A stretch of 47,254 nt of DNA from a bacterium (GCA_021781955.1 JAJXVV010000006.1:1-47254), one strand, 5' to 3'. Counted from the first letter of the stretch, positions 19,090 through 32,938 are shown. The notes: generated by a model from the sequence alone, not told the origin. Numbers and translations are program-made.

Positions 19090-20439
19090 CTATCGAACGG
19101 TGGCCGCGGCAGAGGTGTTGAAGCTATTCCCGCTTTGCGTCGTGCAGGAGAGCGAGAACGGCAGCTGCTGGCCACTTTGTGCAGTGGCGGGAACGATGAT
19201 TGGCATCGAGCCTTCATTGGCCTGCGCGAGCGTGCTCGTCGAGCCGGTGAGCTGGCAGGGTGATTGCGTGCTCATGCCGACGCTCGTCCATGACACGACG
19301 ACCGAGCGGCCCGCGCTGACGATCGATGGTTGCACCAGAATGAACGCGAGCGGCTGCGTCGTCGCGTACGACGTGCCCGATGTCGTGGTGCCGTACGATG
19401 ACGCGCCGCCGAGAACGTTCGTTATCGACGTTTGGCCGTTCAGCTGGGTCGTCGCGCCGGGCGCCACAGTCGGCGACATCTGTTGCTGCAGCATCGGCGA
19501 AAGCTGCGTTTGTTGCATCGCGGGCGAGTTGTAGCAGTTGGAAGGGAACGCCGTACCGGCTTGTACCGGCTGGACGACCACCGGATTGATGCTCGTCATG
19601 CAGTAGTAATTCTGCGACATGATCTGTCCGGCGCCAACGCCTGTCGGCGTGCCGAGTGACGCGGATTGATTTACCGTCGTCGGTGCTGTAAGACCGGTCG
19701 TTTGCGTACCGCTGTAATTGTAAGCGGTCGGATACGTCCACGGATTTGGCCCGGAATTATTCACGTACCCCGCAGGCAAGAAGTTATTCGACGTGACGTC
19801 AGCGTTGCTATACGCATACGAGATCCCGTTCGCATCTTGGAAGTTCCCGGCGACACTAACCGACGGGCCAGCCACTTTGAGCTTACTCGCGAAATAATTG
19901 ACGATGCCAGCGAACGAACGGCCATTGAATATACCCTGATTATTAGCGGCCTCTTTCGGGAAATATGGTGCTGCCGGTTGATTCGGGTTTTGCTGATACA
20001 GTTGGATGAACTTTGCGGCACCGTTAATGCCGAGAAAATGATTCAAATAGAGTCCGAGCGTCATATCAAGCTGTGCTTGCTGTATAAGCGCTCCGTTGCG
20101 GTACCTCGCGTCGGCGAGCGCTGCAGCAGTCACCTTTGCGGAGACTGTCGGATCAGCTCGCAACGACGGATCGACCGCCCGCCCATACGCGGCCTGGCTC
20201 GCTGGCACCCAATATCTGGCATACCATTGGAACATGCCGTACGGACCGCTCGGAGTGCCTGCCGTTGGATTACCGCCGCTCTCCACGTTCGCGATCTTTG
20301 CTATAACTCCCGAGGGCAGGCGGTACTCCTGTTCCAACTGGCCGAAAACCTGATTGAGACTGGTGTCGGCATAAGCGAACGGCGCGAACGACGCCGTAAC
20401 GAACGACAGGACCGCAAGTGCAGCGACCAAACGTTGCAT
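19090..20439 (-). CDS. Secreted lytic transglycosylase (SLT/lysozyme-like) domain protein with Ser/Thr/Gln-rich linker and C-terminal beta domain
   Basis: Signal peptide; IAKIANVESGGNP, GMFQW and LYLNHFLG motifs typical of SLT-like folds. Confidence 0.7.
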   Translation of the reverse strand: MQRLVAALAVLSFVTASFAPFAYADTSLNQVFGQLEQEYRLPSGVIAKIANVESGGNPTAGTPSGPYGMFQWYARYWVPASQAAYGRAVDPSLRADPTVSAKVTAAALADARYRNGALIQQAQLDMTLGLYLNHFLGINGAAKFIQLYQQNPNQPAAPYFPKEAANNQGIFNGRSFAGIVNYFASKLKVAGPSVSVAGNFQDANGISYAYSNADVTSNNFLPAGYVNNSGPNPWTYPTAYNYSGTQTTGLTAPTTVNQSASLGTPTGVGAGQIMSQNYYCMTSINPVVVQPVQAGTAFPSNCYNSPAMQQTQLSPMLQQQMSPTVAPGATTQLNGQTSITNVLGGASSYGTTTSGTSYATTQPLAFILVQPSIVSAGRSVVVSWTSVGMSTQSPCQLTGSTSTLAQANEGSMPIIVPATAQSGQQLPFSLSCTTQSGNSFNTSAAATVR

Positions 20440-20499
20440 AGGTACTGTCAGTATACGTCCAAAGGCGGCACACGAGTGTCGGTCGTGTTGAAAACTCCG

Positions 20500-20748
20500 C
20501 TACAGGAGAACGACCGCGCGATCGTTGGCTACCTCGATGACACCGCCTTCGATGTCGACGGTCTTCGTTTCGAGCGTCTCCCTGATGGTGATGGTGCCTT
20601 TTTGCAAGGTCGCGACCAACGCCTCATGATGCGGTAGGATCGTGATTACGCCCGAAGTGGTCGGTATCGTCGCGGAGAGCGCTGCGCCGTCGAAGCGCGT
20701 CTCCCCCACCGACGCGACAACGAGGTGGAACGTGCCGGTCGAGGACAT
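20500..20748 (-). CDS. atpC: ATP synthase epsilon subunit (N-terminal beta-sandwich only)
   Basis: GVITILPHHEALVATL..GG.IEV motif; follows atpD; 82 aa. Confidence 0.9.
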   Translation of the reverse strand: MSSTGTFHLVVASVGETRFDGAALSATIPTTSGVITILPHHEALVATLQKGTITIRETLETKTVDIEGGVIEVANDRAVVLL

Positions 20749-20749
20749 A

Positions 20750-22159
<1,410 letters not shown>

Positions 22160-22244
22160 TCAAGTGGATTAATGCCCGTGTCCACCAGGTTCCGCGTCGG
22201 CCAAAACAGCGGCGCCGGCAGAACCTCCCATGCGAACCACTCGC

Positions 22245-22844
22245 TCATATGAATTCTGTACCCAATATCTCACGCGCTTTTTCCATCGCTTTGCCCCGAT
22301 GATCGACCTTGCTCTTTTCCTCGGTCGTCGACTGGCCGCCCGTTTTGCCCATGTCATCGTAAAAGAAAACGGGATCGTAGCCGAAACCGCCGGTCCCGTG
22401 CGGCTCGCGCATGATGCGGCCGCGCGCGGCCCCTTCGCACGTGCGCGATGTTCCCGTGCGCGGGTCGTACAGCGCGACGACTGCGACGAATTGCGCGCCG
22501 CGCTCGCCGTCCGGCACGTTCTCCAGCGCCGCAAGGAGCTTGTGGTATCGATCAGCGTCAGTGCCTGGCGCATAGCGTGCCGTGTTGATCCCGGGAGCGC
22601 CGCCGAGCGCATCCACCTCGAGCCCGGAGTCGTCGGCGAGCGTGAGCATGGCGGCACGCTCGCCATACGCCTTGGCCTTCAGTACGGCGTTCTCCTCGAA
22701 CGTTCTCCCCGTCTCTTCCGGTTCGAACCCTTCGAGCGCCGGCACGTCATTCACGCTCACGAGCTCGAACGGAGCACCATGCAACGCATGCTCGATCTCG
22801 ACGAGCTTGCCCTTATTTCGAGTAGCGATGAGGAGCGGCCGCAT
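22245..22844 (-). CDS. rdgB: RdgB/HAM1 non-canonical purine NTP pyrophosphatase
   Basis: ATRNKGK, ENAVLKA, ADDSGLEVDAL.GAPG, GFGYDPVF and DHRGKA motifs. Confidence 0.92.
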   Translation of the reverse strand: MRPLLIATRNKGKLVEIEHALHGAPFELVSVNDVPALEGFEPEETGRTFEENAVLKAKAYGERAAMLTLADDSGLEVDALGGAPGINTARYAPGTDADRYHKLLAALENVPDGERGAQFVAVVALYDPRTGTSRTCEGAARGRIMREPHGTGGFGYDPVFFYDDMGKTGGQSTTEEKSKVDHRGKAMEKAREILGTEFI

Positions 22845-22848
22845 AGTT

Positions 22849-23190
22849 TCAGTCGTCACGCCGCAAATTTTCCTCAAAGGCTCTTGAAAACGCGCTGATC
22901 GCACTTTCCGGGTCCTCGACCTGTTGCTTGCGGATATACGACCCGACGTGATGCACAAGGGTCGACTCGATGAGCCTGGACGGAACATCCGGACTGGTGT
23001 CGGTAAGGAGCGAGCGGACCATAGTGCCGAGAGCTTCAGTGTGTCGTTCCTCGCGTAAATCCGGGATCTGTCCCACCAAATACTTGATAGCGTTTGCCGC
23101 CGCGCCCTCAATTCCGCGACGCTCGGACGCGATCTCTCTTCCTCGTCGCAACATCGCATCGAACGGTCCTTCCATGCTGCCCATACTCAT
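22849..23190 (-). CDS. Hypothetical protein (113 aa) translationally coupled to atpG
   Basis: ATGA overlap with the atpG stop; fills the gap to rdgB; helical, charged composition. Confidence 0.6.
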   Translation of the reverse strand: MSMGSMEGPFDAMLRRGREIASERRGIEGAAANAIKYLVGQIPDLREERHTEALGTMVRSLLTDTSPDVPSRLIESTLVHHVGSYIRKQQVEDPESAISAFSRAFEENLRRDD

Positions 23191-24137
23191 CTCATCGCCT
23201 CGATGCCGGAGGTGATCTCCGAGACTTCGCGCGTGATGGCGGCTTGGCGGACTTTGTTGAACGTGCGCGTGAGCCCTTGCGCCATTTCTTTCGCTTTGTC
23301 GGTCGCGCTCTTCATCGCGACCATGCGCGCGCTGTGCTCCGAGGCCTTCGCTTCGAGAAGGGCGTGGAAGACGGCGATGTTGAGGAGTTTCGGCAAAAGT
23401 GCGGCGAGCACGGAATTCGCATCGGGTTCGATGGTGTAGGTTGCGGGAGACGCTTGACGCTCCGCCGTCTCGAGCGGGACATACTTGCCGCGCACGGGCC
23501 GGATATTCTCTACGATGGCACGCATCATGTCCGGCTTGATGGGGACGATCTGACGGAGAGTCGGCTGCTGTTCGAAAGTCGAGATGAAATTCTGATACGC
23601 GACGTAGACCGTGTCTACCTCCCCTGCGGCGTGCCACGCAAGCACGTTGTCGGTCACCTTGCGAATGTATTCTTCGGACACGCCGTCGCTCACGTTCTCG
23701 TACCGTGCCCGAACCTCATAGCCGCGATTCGCGAAATACTCCGCACCGCGCCTCCCGATGCCGACGAACATGACCTCGCTTTTTCTCCACCCGCGCTCAT
23801 GCGTCTCGCGCTCCACGAGCCGGATCACTCCGCTGTTGAGGGCGCCTGCCAGCCCTTTATCGCTCGTCACCACGATCACGCAGGTTTTCGGCGTCGACGG
23901 ATCGCCCTTAGGATCCCTGAAAGACATTTCTTGCATGAGCGGGTGATGCGGCGCGTACACCGTGCCGGACAAACGCTCCAAAATGGATAATCCGGCGGCC
24001 GCATACGCGCGACCGGAAAGCGCGCGCTCTTGGCTCTTGCGCATCTTGACGGCAGAGACCGCCTCCATGGCATGCGTGACCGTTCCCGTCTTTTGATACG
24101 AGAGTATCTTGAGCTTGATGTTCTTCAAGCTCGCCAT
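23187..24137 (-). CDS. atpG: ATP synthase gamma subunit
   Basis: TSDKGLAGALN and ASEHSARMVAMKSATD..NKVRQAAITREV motifs. Confidence 0.97.
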   Translation of the reverse strand: MASLKNIKLKILSYQKTGTVTHAMEAVSAVKMRKSQERALSGRAYAAAGLSILERLSGTVYAPHHPLMQEMSFRDPKGDPSTPKTCVIVVTSDKGLAGALNSGVIRLVERETHERGWRKSEVMFVGIGRRGAEYFANRGYEVRARYENVSDGVSEEYIRKVTDNVLAWHAAGEVDTVYVAYQNFISTFEQQPTLRQIVPIKPDMMRAIVENIRPVRGKYVPLETAERQASPATYTIEPDANSVLAALLPKLLNIAVFHALLEAKASEHSARMVAMKSATDKAKEMAQGLTRTFNKVRQAAITREVSEITSGIEAMR

Positions 24138-24140
24138 ACA

Positions 24141-25712
24141 TTATTCCGACTCAACGAATAATTCCTTGTGCGCCGAACGGAACTCCTCGATCGCCTTGTT
24201 GAGCTCTCGCTTCGTGTCATCCGAAAGCATGCCGGACTTTTTGATCTCGGCGAGCGTCTTTGAGTACTGTCCGTCGAAGAATTCCGTGAGGAGCTGTTCC
24301 GTTCGTCGCACGTCCGCAATAGAAACTTCGCTGAAAAGCTTGTATCCTGCGGCGTAGAGAACGGCGGCCTGCATCTCGAGCGGGATAGGCGCGCCATTCT
24401 TTTGTTTCAAGAGTTCGACCATGCGCTGGCCGGAAGCGATCTGATCGGCCGTCGCTTTGTCGAGGTCTTGTGCGAATTGCATGAACGCCTCGAGGTCGCG
24501 GAATTGCGCGAGCTGGAGCTTGAGACCGCCCGCGACCGATTTCATCGCCTTGGTCTGTGCCGATGAGCCGACGCGCGACACCGAGATGCCGACGTCGATC
24601 GCGGGCCGCACGCCCTTGTTGAAGAGCTCCGTGATGAGGAATATCTGGCCGTCGGTGATGGAGATGACATTGGTCGGGATGTATCCCGAGACGTCGCCGT
24701 CCTGCGTCTCGATAATGGGAAGCGCGGTGATGGAGCCGCCTCCCTTCTCATCGCCCAGGCGGCACGCGCGCTCAAGCAAACGCGAATGCAGGTAGAAAAT
24801 GTCGCCCGGGTACGCTTCACGGCCCGGCGGACGGCGCAGCAAGAGAGAAAGCTCGCGATACGCGACGGCTTGCTTCGAGAGATCGTCGTAGACGATGAGC
24901 ACGTCCTTGCCCTGATCCATGAAGTACTCGCCGATGGCAACGCCTGAGAACGGCGCGAGGTACTGGAGCGCCGCAGGCGCGGATGCCGGCGCGTCGACGA
25001 CGATCGTGTATTCGAGCGCCCGCTCGCGGCGCAACTGCTCGACAATGCGAGCCGTTTTGCTTTCCTTTTGGCCGATCGCCACGTAGATGCAAACGGGGCG
25101 CTTGGCGGCGGGCTCGTTGCGCTGATTGATGATCGTGTCGATCGCGACGGTCGTCTTGCCCGTGCCACGGTCGCCGATGATGAGCTCGCGCTGACCGCGC
25201 CCGATCGGGATCATCGCATCGATGGATTTCACGCCGGTCGCGAGCGGTACGGTGACGGATTTTCGGTCGATCACGCCCGATGCTTGGCGCTCCACCGGCA
25301 TGAGCGTCGTCTTCTTGAACGGTCCCTTGCCGTCGAGCGGCTCGCCGAGCGCGTTGACCACACGACCGAGCAGCTCTTCGCCGGAGGGCACCGAAAGGAT
25401 GCGGCCGGTCGATTTCACCGTCATACCTTCGACCACGCGGGCCGTGTCGCCAAGTATGGTCGCGCGCACTCCGTCCTCTTCGAGGTTCAAAATGAGACCG
25501 AACAGCTCCTGGTGCTCCTTGAGCGTCTGGGCAAGCTTTTGACCCTTTCCTTCTTCGAACACGATGATCTCGCTCATCACTGCCTTCGAGAGGCCGTCGA
25601 TGGCGACGACGCCATCGCCAACCGAGACGACGCGCCCCACGTGCGCGCTCTCGTGCGTCGGGGTGAACTTCTCGATCTCTTTGACTATCTTTTGTACTGT
25701 CGCAGTATCCAT
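24141..25712 (-). CDS. atpA: ATP synthase alpha subunit
   Basis: GRGQRELIIGDRGTGKT and RRPPGREAYPGD motifs. Confidence 0.98.
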   Translation of the reverse strand: MDTATVQKIVKEIEKFTPTHESAHVGRVVSVGDGVVAIDGLSKAVMSEIIVFEEGKGQKLAQTLKEHQELFGLILNLEEDGVRATILGDTARVVEGMTVKSTGRILSVPSGEELLGRVVNALGEPLDGKGPFKKTTLMPVERQASGVIDRKSVTVPLATGVKSIDAMIPIGRGQRELIIGDRGTGKTTVAIDTIINQRNEPAAKRPVCIYVAIGQKESKTARIVEQLRRERALEYTIVVDAPASAPAALQYLAPFSGVAIGEYFMDQGKDVLIVYDDLSKQAVAYRELSLLLRRPPGREAYPGDIFYLHSRLLERACRLGDEKGGGSITALPIIETQDGDVSGYIPTNVISITDGQIFLITELFNKGVRPAIDVGISVSRVGSSAQTKAMKSVAGGLKLQLAQFRDLEAFMQFAQDLDKATADQIASGQRMVELLKQKNGAPIPLEMQAAVLYAAGYKLFSEVSIADVRRTEQLLTEFFDGQYSKTLAEIKKSGMLSDDTKRELNKAIEEFRSAHKELFVESE

Positions 25713-25738
25713 ATCTTACGTGTGATGAGCGTGTCGAA

Positions 25739-26128
25739 CTAGGCGCGCGTGGCCCGATTATACATCTCTGATAAATATTTCTTATAACTGCCGTCGACGA
25801 GCCGCTCGCGGCCCTCGAGCCTCCAACCGCCGATGAGCGAATCGTCTATGGCGACCGTGACATCGGAAGGCTTCACGCCCATATCCTCCAGAATCGCATG
25901 CGCCGCATGCTTCGCGGTGCGCTCATCGCGTTCGCGTGCGATGAGCAAGGTAACGCCGTTGCGCTGCCGGTCACGCGTCGCGATGCGCTCGAAAGCGCGC
26001 GCGATCCTCGACGTGAGGGCGAGGCGGCCGTGCGCCTCAAGACTCTCTTTGAGGGACTCGACGGCGTCTTTGGGCGCCGCGCCCTTCTGTATCACGTCCC
26101 ACAAAGCCTGTGCGTAATCAGTTTCCAT
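25739..26128 (-). CDS. atpH: ATP synthase delta subunit (short form)
   Basis: YAQAL start and DDSLIGG..VDGS C-terminal motif; lies between atpF and atpA. Confidence 0.85.
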   Translation of the reverse strand: METDYAQALWDVIQKGAAPKDAVESLKESLEAHGRLALTSRIARAFERIATRDRQRNGVTLLIARERDERTAKHAAHAILEDMGVKPSDVTVAIDDSLIGGWRLEGRERLVDGSYKKYLSEMYNRATRA

Positions 26129-26131
26129 AGG

Positions 26132-26581
26132 TTACGCGTTCTTCTCTCGAAGAATCTTCTCCGCAGCGAGCATCGCTGCACGCGCGATCTCGTGTTCGGA
26201 TTCCTTGAGCGCCAGGCGTTTTGCCTCCTCGGCGCGAGCGGCAGCGTCTTCGAGCACGCCCTGCGCGCGAGCTTCGGCCTGCTTCACGATATCTGCCCCC
26301 GCACCATCCGCTCGCGTACGCGCTTCAGCGAGAAGATCCTCGGCCTCCCGAGCCGCCTTGCCGACTACCTCCTTCCCTTCCGCTTGCGCTTCAGCGAGCC
26401 TGCGCTGCGCGGCATCGGCGGTACGCACGCCTTCGGCTATCTTCTCGCGACGCTCATCAATGAGCCGCAATACCGGCCCATACAAGAAGTACGTAAGTGT
26501 CGCGAGCAGCAGCCCGAAATTGACCGCTTGGATGAGGAGCAGCCGCCAGTCGATGCCGAATGTTGCGAATAGTTGACCCAT
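26132..26581 (-). CDS. atpF: ATP synthase b subunit
   Basis: FGIDWRLLLIQAVNF..YGPV..IDERREKI followed by an Ala/Glu coiled coil. Confidence 0.95.
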   Translation of the reverse strand: MGQLFATFGIDWRLLLIQAVNFGLLLATLTYFLYGPVLRLIDERREKIAEGVRTADAAQRRLAEAQAEGKEVVGKAAREAEDLLAEARTRADGAGADIVKQAEARAQGVLEDAAARAEEAKRLALKESEHEIARAAMLAAEKILREKNA

Positions 26582-26714
26582 GATCGGGAGATTAAAACGC
26601 TTGTAGGCGAGCGCGATCCGCGGCGCACGAGGCACAGGCCGCGTTTCGTACCGAACCGCACGACGAGCGGCATGTGCCGACGTGCAACGATGGAGCGTGC
26701 CGCATACGAGCGTC

Positions 26715-26942
26715 TTAAACGAACTTGATGATGAAGGAGACGACTAGTGCCAAGATGCCGAGCGCTTCGGTGAACACGATGGCCAAGATCATGTTGGAAA
26801 CGATCTTGCCTGAGGCGTCCGGGTTGCGGCCGATCGCGTCCATGGCGCGGCCGCCGATGAGACCGATGCCGATGCTCGGGCCCAAGACGCCCAAGCCTGC
26901 GGCGAGCGCCATGCCGATCAATTTTGCCGATTCAACGTCCAT
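26715..26942 (-). CDS. atpE: ATP synthase c subunit (probably H+-coupled)
   Basis: GIGLIGG..IGRNP..FTEAL; lacks the Gln and Glu-Ser/Thr Na+ signature. Confidence 0.96.
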   Translation of the reverse strand: MDVESAKLIGMALAAGLGVLGPSIGIGLIGGRAMDAIGRNPDASGKIVSNMILAIVFTEALGILALVVSFIIKFV

Positions 26943-27031
26943 AGTAATAATCTTTTAAAAGCGATGAATAATATGGCGGCATTCTAGCACGCCAAAGCGC
27001 ACTTTCAACACGCGCGCCCGCTCAAGGGCAG

Positions 27032-27793
27032 CTAATGCGCCGCGTACGGATCAGTGACGGCGAGCTTGAGGAAAAAGAGCGTGAGCATCGAGAAGACGAC
27101 CGCTTGGATGAAACCGACGAACATCTCGAAGCCGATCGCGACCGACGGCAGCATATACGGCACGAAGTAGGTTATGACTGCGACGAGCACTTCGCCCGCG
27201 AAGATGTTGCCGAAGAGGCGGAACGAGAACGAAATGAGACGCGAGACCTCGCTGACGAGCTCGATCAATCCCACGATGAAATTGAGCAGCCGCTCGCCGA
27301 TGCTATGCCCGCGGAAGTTGATGAATTTGCTCACGTAGCGGAAAAAACCGAGCGTCGCCACGCCCGCGAGCTCGATCGTAATAACGGAGATGAGCGTGAG
27401 CGAGAGCGTCATGTTGAGATCAGTGTTGACGCTGCGAAGGAGCGGTACGAACGCGCCATTCTCGTAGAAGCCGATCGAGCCGATGCCCGGGAAAAACTCG
27501 ATGCTATTGGCGGCGAACACGAACAGGAATATCGTGATGAGGAGCGGGAAAAATCGCCGCGCGAGCTCGCGGCTCTCGAACGTCTCGGCGGCGAAGTCGT
27601 AGGCGTATTCGAAAAGCGCCTCAAGCAAAAGCTGGAAACGACTCGGAGCCATCGAAAGCTTCCGGTAAATGACCGCGGCCATGATGATGAGCATCGCCAT
27701 CACGACCCAGCTCGTCACGAGCGAATTGGTGATGGGCAGACCCCAGAGCTGTCCGAGGTGCGCAGGCGCAAGCTCGACCGTAACGCTATGCAT
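27032..27793 (-). CDS. atpB: ATP synthase a subunit
   Basis: SFSFRLFGNIFAGE and FVGFIQAVVF motifs. Confidence 0.96.
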   Translation of the reverse strand: MHSVTVELAPAHLGQLWGLPITNSLVTSWVVMAMLIIMAAVIYRKLSMAPSRFQLLLEALFEYAYDFAAETFESRELARRFFPLLITIFLFVFAANSIEFFPGIGSIGFYENGAFVPLLRSVNTDLNMTLSLTLISVITIELAGVATLGFFRYVSKFINFRGHSIGERLLNFIVGLIELVSEVSRLISFSFRLFGNIFAGEVLVAVITYFVPYMLPSVAIGFEMFVGFIQAVVFSMLTLFFLKLAVTDPYAAH

Positions 27794-27870
27794 AGTGCCG
27801 CGATTGTAGCATACATGCGCGCATTAGCACTTCGACCGAGGATATCGGGATTCGTAAATCGCGCTATGGA

Positions 27871-28740
27871 CTATGGGAGCCGGTGGCCTATGAATTCGTT
27901 CACCTCTCGCGCGACGATGCGCTCCCCTCCTTTGAACCCATGGCCGACCTTGGGCACGACGACGACGCGATGCCGCGACCGGATGTTCGCGTCGAACCAC
28001 TGCGCGATCTCTTTTGCGGCGCGGTCGGCATACTCGTCCTTCTCCGCCCACAACACGAGCACCGGTATCTTGAGGGAGCGGAGCGCAACGGGTTTTTGTG
28101 CCTGCCGCCCATACGGGAAAACATTCTCGGGCGTATGCGGCGTGTAGAGCGAAACGAGCCGCTGCGCATCCAACACTTCGTACCACAGCGAACGCGAGAC
28201 GAGCTCGTGCGGTGTGCGTTGCGCCACGAGTGCTCGTGCGCGTTTCGTCATCTGCTCGAACTTCTTCTTCCCCTGGCGGAACAGCTCCGCCTCGTAATCG
28301 CTGATCGGCGCGAAGAGGATGATACCTTTTACGCCCTTTCCTTTTTTATATCCCCAATACACCGATTTCTGGCAACCCGTCGAGTGCCCTGCAAGGAACA
28401 CGTCTCTCACACCTTGCCGCCACGCGAAGTTGACCGCGCCTTGGATGTCGTCGAGCGAATCGGTGAAGATCTCGTGCGCCGCGCCACCGCGTTCTTTCTC
28501 CGAATCCTTGCGGCGCAGCACCGTAACCATCTCAAAGCCGCGATTGTTGAACGAAAGCACCGCGGTGTCTTTGCTCACAATGCCGTCGAGCACGCGTGCC
28601 ATGCTAAAGGCGGAGCCGCCGAGCCCGTGCACGAAGATGACGACCCGCTTTACTTTCTTGGGGCCGAACCACAACGCGCGCATCGTGTACCCTTTTGGCG
28701 TCTCGAACTCGAACGCAAAACAAGGTCGCATATTTTTCAT
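27871..28740 (-). CDS. Alpha/beta hydrolase (DUF1749-like)
   Basis: HGLGG, GHSTGCQ nucleophile elbow, DEY and GHGF motifs; ATGA overlap with maf. Confidence 0.85.
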   Translation of the reverse strand: MKNMRPCFAFEFETPKGYTMRALWFGPKKVKRVVIFVHGLGGSAFSMARVLDGIVSKDTAVLSFNNRGFEMVTVLRRKDSEKERGGAAHEIFTDSLDDIQGAVNFAWRQGVRDVFLAGHSTGCQKSVYWGYKKGKGVKGIILFAPISDYEAELFRQGKKKFEQMTKRARALVAQRTPHELVSRSLWYEVLDAQRLVSLYTPHTPENVFPYGRQAQKPVALRSLKIPVLVLWAEKDEYADRAAKEIAQWFDANIRSRHRVVVVPKVGHGFKGGERIVAREVNEFIGHRLP

Positions 28741-29315
28741 ACCGTACTTCCTACCATCTCATCGAGCAGGCGTCGAGTGAGCGCGCGGGGCAGGCCGGCG
28801 ACGCACGCCACTTCCCCATCGACCCTTTCGATCCACGGCTTGAACAGCTCGTGTTGGATGCAAAATCCCCCGGCGCACCCGAAGACGCAGCCGTCGGCGA
28901 TGACTTGCGCGATCGCTTCGTCGGACATCGGACGGAAATGCACGACTGCCTGTTCGACGCCCTCGCGCGATCGCCCAGTGCGCGTGTTCGTTATGACGAC
29001 GGCACCGACCGCGTTCACCGGTGCGGTCGAATAACTCCGCACATACCGTTCGGCCTCCCCTGCATCGCGCGGCTTGCCGCGCACCTCGCCGCGCCACACA
29101 GCGACCGTGTCGGAGGTAATGAGCAGCGCCTCGCCTTCTATCTTCGATAAAAGCGTGCCGGCCTTCTCGCGCGCGAGACGAAGCGTGAGCGCCTCCGGCA
29201 TTTCCCCTTCGACAGCGCTCTCGTCGATGTCGGCAGACATCACTTCGACCGCATAGCCCATGTCTTCGAGCATTTTTTTGCGCCAAGGGGAACGCGAACC
29301 GAGAACGATACGCAT
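28737..29315 (-). CDS. maf: Maf family nucleoside triphosphate pyrophosphatase
   Basis: LGSRSPWR, IDE, LAREKA, SDTV, GKP, CAGG and GLP motifs. Confidence 0.92.
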   Translation of the reverse strand: MRIVLGSRSPWRKKMLEDMGYAVEVMSADIDESAVEGEMPEALTLRLAREKAGTLLSKIEGEALLITSDTVAVWRGEVRGKPRDAGEAERYVRSYSTAPVNAVGAVVITNTRTGRSREGVEQAVVHFRPMSDEAIAQVIADGCVFGCAGGFCIQHELFKPWIERVDGEVACVAGLPRALTRRLLDEMVGSTV

Positions 29316-29318
29316 GGA

Positions 29319-31609
<2,291 letters not shown>

Positions 31610-31637
31610 GGCACAAGTATACCCGACCGCGGGCGCG

Positions 31638-32711
31638 TCACCCGCCGATGAACAAATGATCGTAGTGGATGACGGGGCGGGCGCGCTTCACGCCCTTGAG
31701 CTCGCGCGCTCGCGCGGCGCTATACTGCGCGACGCCGAAACCGAGCGGTCTTTTGTCTGCACCAAGCACCTCGATGATATCCCCTTTCTCGAACTGGCCG
31801 ACGACGCCGACGACGCCGATCGGCAGCACGCTCATGACGCGCTCGTTGGAGCGCAGGAGCGCTTCCGCGCCGGCGTTGACGATGATCGCGCCTTTGGAAA
31901 GCCCTTCCGAATAGGCGAGGCGGCGTTTGTGCGCCGACGACCGCCGCTCCGGCACGAAGCGCGTACCCGTTCCCTTCCCTTCCAAGATGTCGCGCAGCAC
32001 CCGCGCGCGCGTGCCGCGCGCGAGGTGCACCGCGATGCCCTGCGTCATGAGTTTCTTGGCGACGGCGAATTTCGTCAGCATGCCGCCGCGGCCGAACGCG
32101 GTCTTCGAGGGCGCGACATGCTTTTGCCGCGACGCGAGCTCCGCCAGCGTTACTTCGGGCACCACCTCGGCGCGCGGGTCGCGCGGGTCGCCCGCGAGCA
32201 ATCCCTCCACGCTCGTGAAGATAATGACCGCATCGGCATCGATTTGCGAAGCGACGAGCCCCGCCAGCTCGTCATTGTCGGTAAAGAGCAGCTCGGTCGT
32301 CGCGACCACGTCGTTCTCGTTGACGACCGGTACGACGCCGCTTGCGAGCAACTGCTCGAAACAGGTGCGCATGTTGAGATAGTGACGCTTATCGCGGAAA
32401 TCCTCCTTGGTAGCGAGCACCTGCGCGCACAGCTCTCCGTGCGCTGCGAAAGCCTCGGCATACGCGCCCATTAAACGCACCTGTCCGACTGCGGCGAGCA
32501 CCTGCTTGTTCTCGGTTGCGCGCGGGTGCGCGGGCCGTAGCGAGCTGCGGCCCGCGCCCACGGCACCCGAGCTCACGAGCACGACCTCGACGCCGCTCGA
32601 TCGCGCCTCAGCTATTTGCGCGACGAGACCTTTGAGCACGCGCAGATCCAGCTCGCCCTTTCCGGTCGAGAGCACCTGCGTGCCCACTTTGACGACGACA
32701 CGCTCGTACAT
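31638..32711 (-). CDS. proB: Glutamate 5-kinase with PUA domain
   Basis: VVKVGT, VSSGAV, AAVGQ, VNEND, DND.LA, GGMLTK and C-terminal PUA domain. Confidence 0.95.
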   Translation of the reverse strand: MYERVVVKVGTQVLSTGKGELDLRVLKGLVAQIAEARSSGVEVVLVSSGAVGAGRSSLRPAHPRATENKQVLAAVGQVRLMGAYAEAFAAHGELCAQVLATKEDFRDKRHYLNMRTCFEQLLASGVVPVVNENDVVATTELLFTDNDELAGLVASQIDADAVIIFTSVEGLLAGDPRDPRAEVVPEVTLAELASRQKHVAPSKTAFGRGGMLTKFAVAKKLMTQGIAVHLARGTRARVLRDILEGKGTGTRFVPERRSSAHKRRLAYSEGLSKGAIIVNAGAEALLRSNERVMSVLPIGVVGVVGQFEKGDIIEVLGADKRPLGFGVAQYSAARARELKGVKRARPVIHYDHLFIGG

Positions 32712-32818
32712 GAGCCGTACGATACGGCACTTTCTCGTTTCGCGCGAGCACGAAGCGCCGTGGCGCGCGGGGCGTCCCAGGACGGTCTTAAATATAAAGG
32801 TGGCTTCCTAAAAAATAA

Positions 32819-32938
32819 GACGGGATACTCAATGGAACACCTAAACTAACTAGCCTTTTCAAGCTATCTGAGGAATTTGTCGTTAATAAATCCCTTCTTG
32901 TGACCCTACGGGGAATCGAACCCCGGTTTCGATCGTGA
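32819..32938 (+). pseudogene. Probable relic 3' end of a tRNA-targeting recombinase gene
   Basis: AT-rich start-less frame DGILNGTPKLTSLFKLSEEFVVNKSLL-VTLRGIEPRFRS* reading into the antisense of tRNA-Glu, with the same geometry as the LSR at tRNA-Val. Confidence 0.5.

Noticed and set aside
22169-22231. 20-aa ORF MGGSAGAAVLADAEPGGHGH upstream of atpD
   Set aside because: Too short, with no independent support.
26582-26714. atpE-atpF intergenic region as an ncRNA
   Set aside because: No strong stem and no second copy seen in the window.
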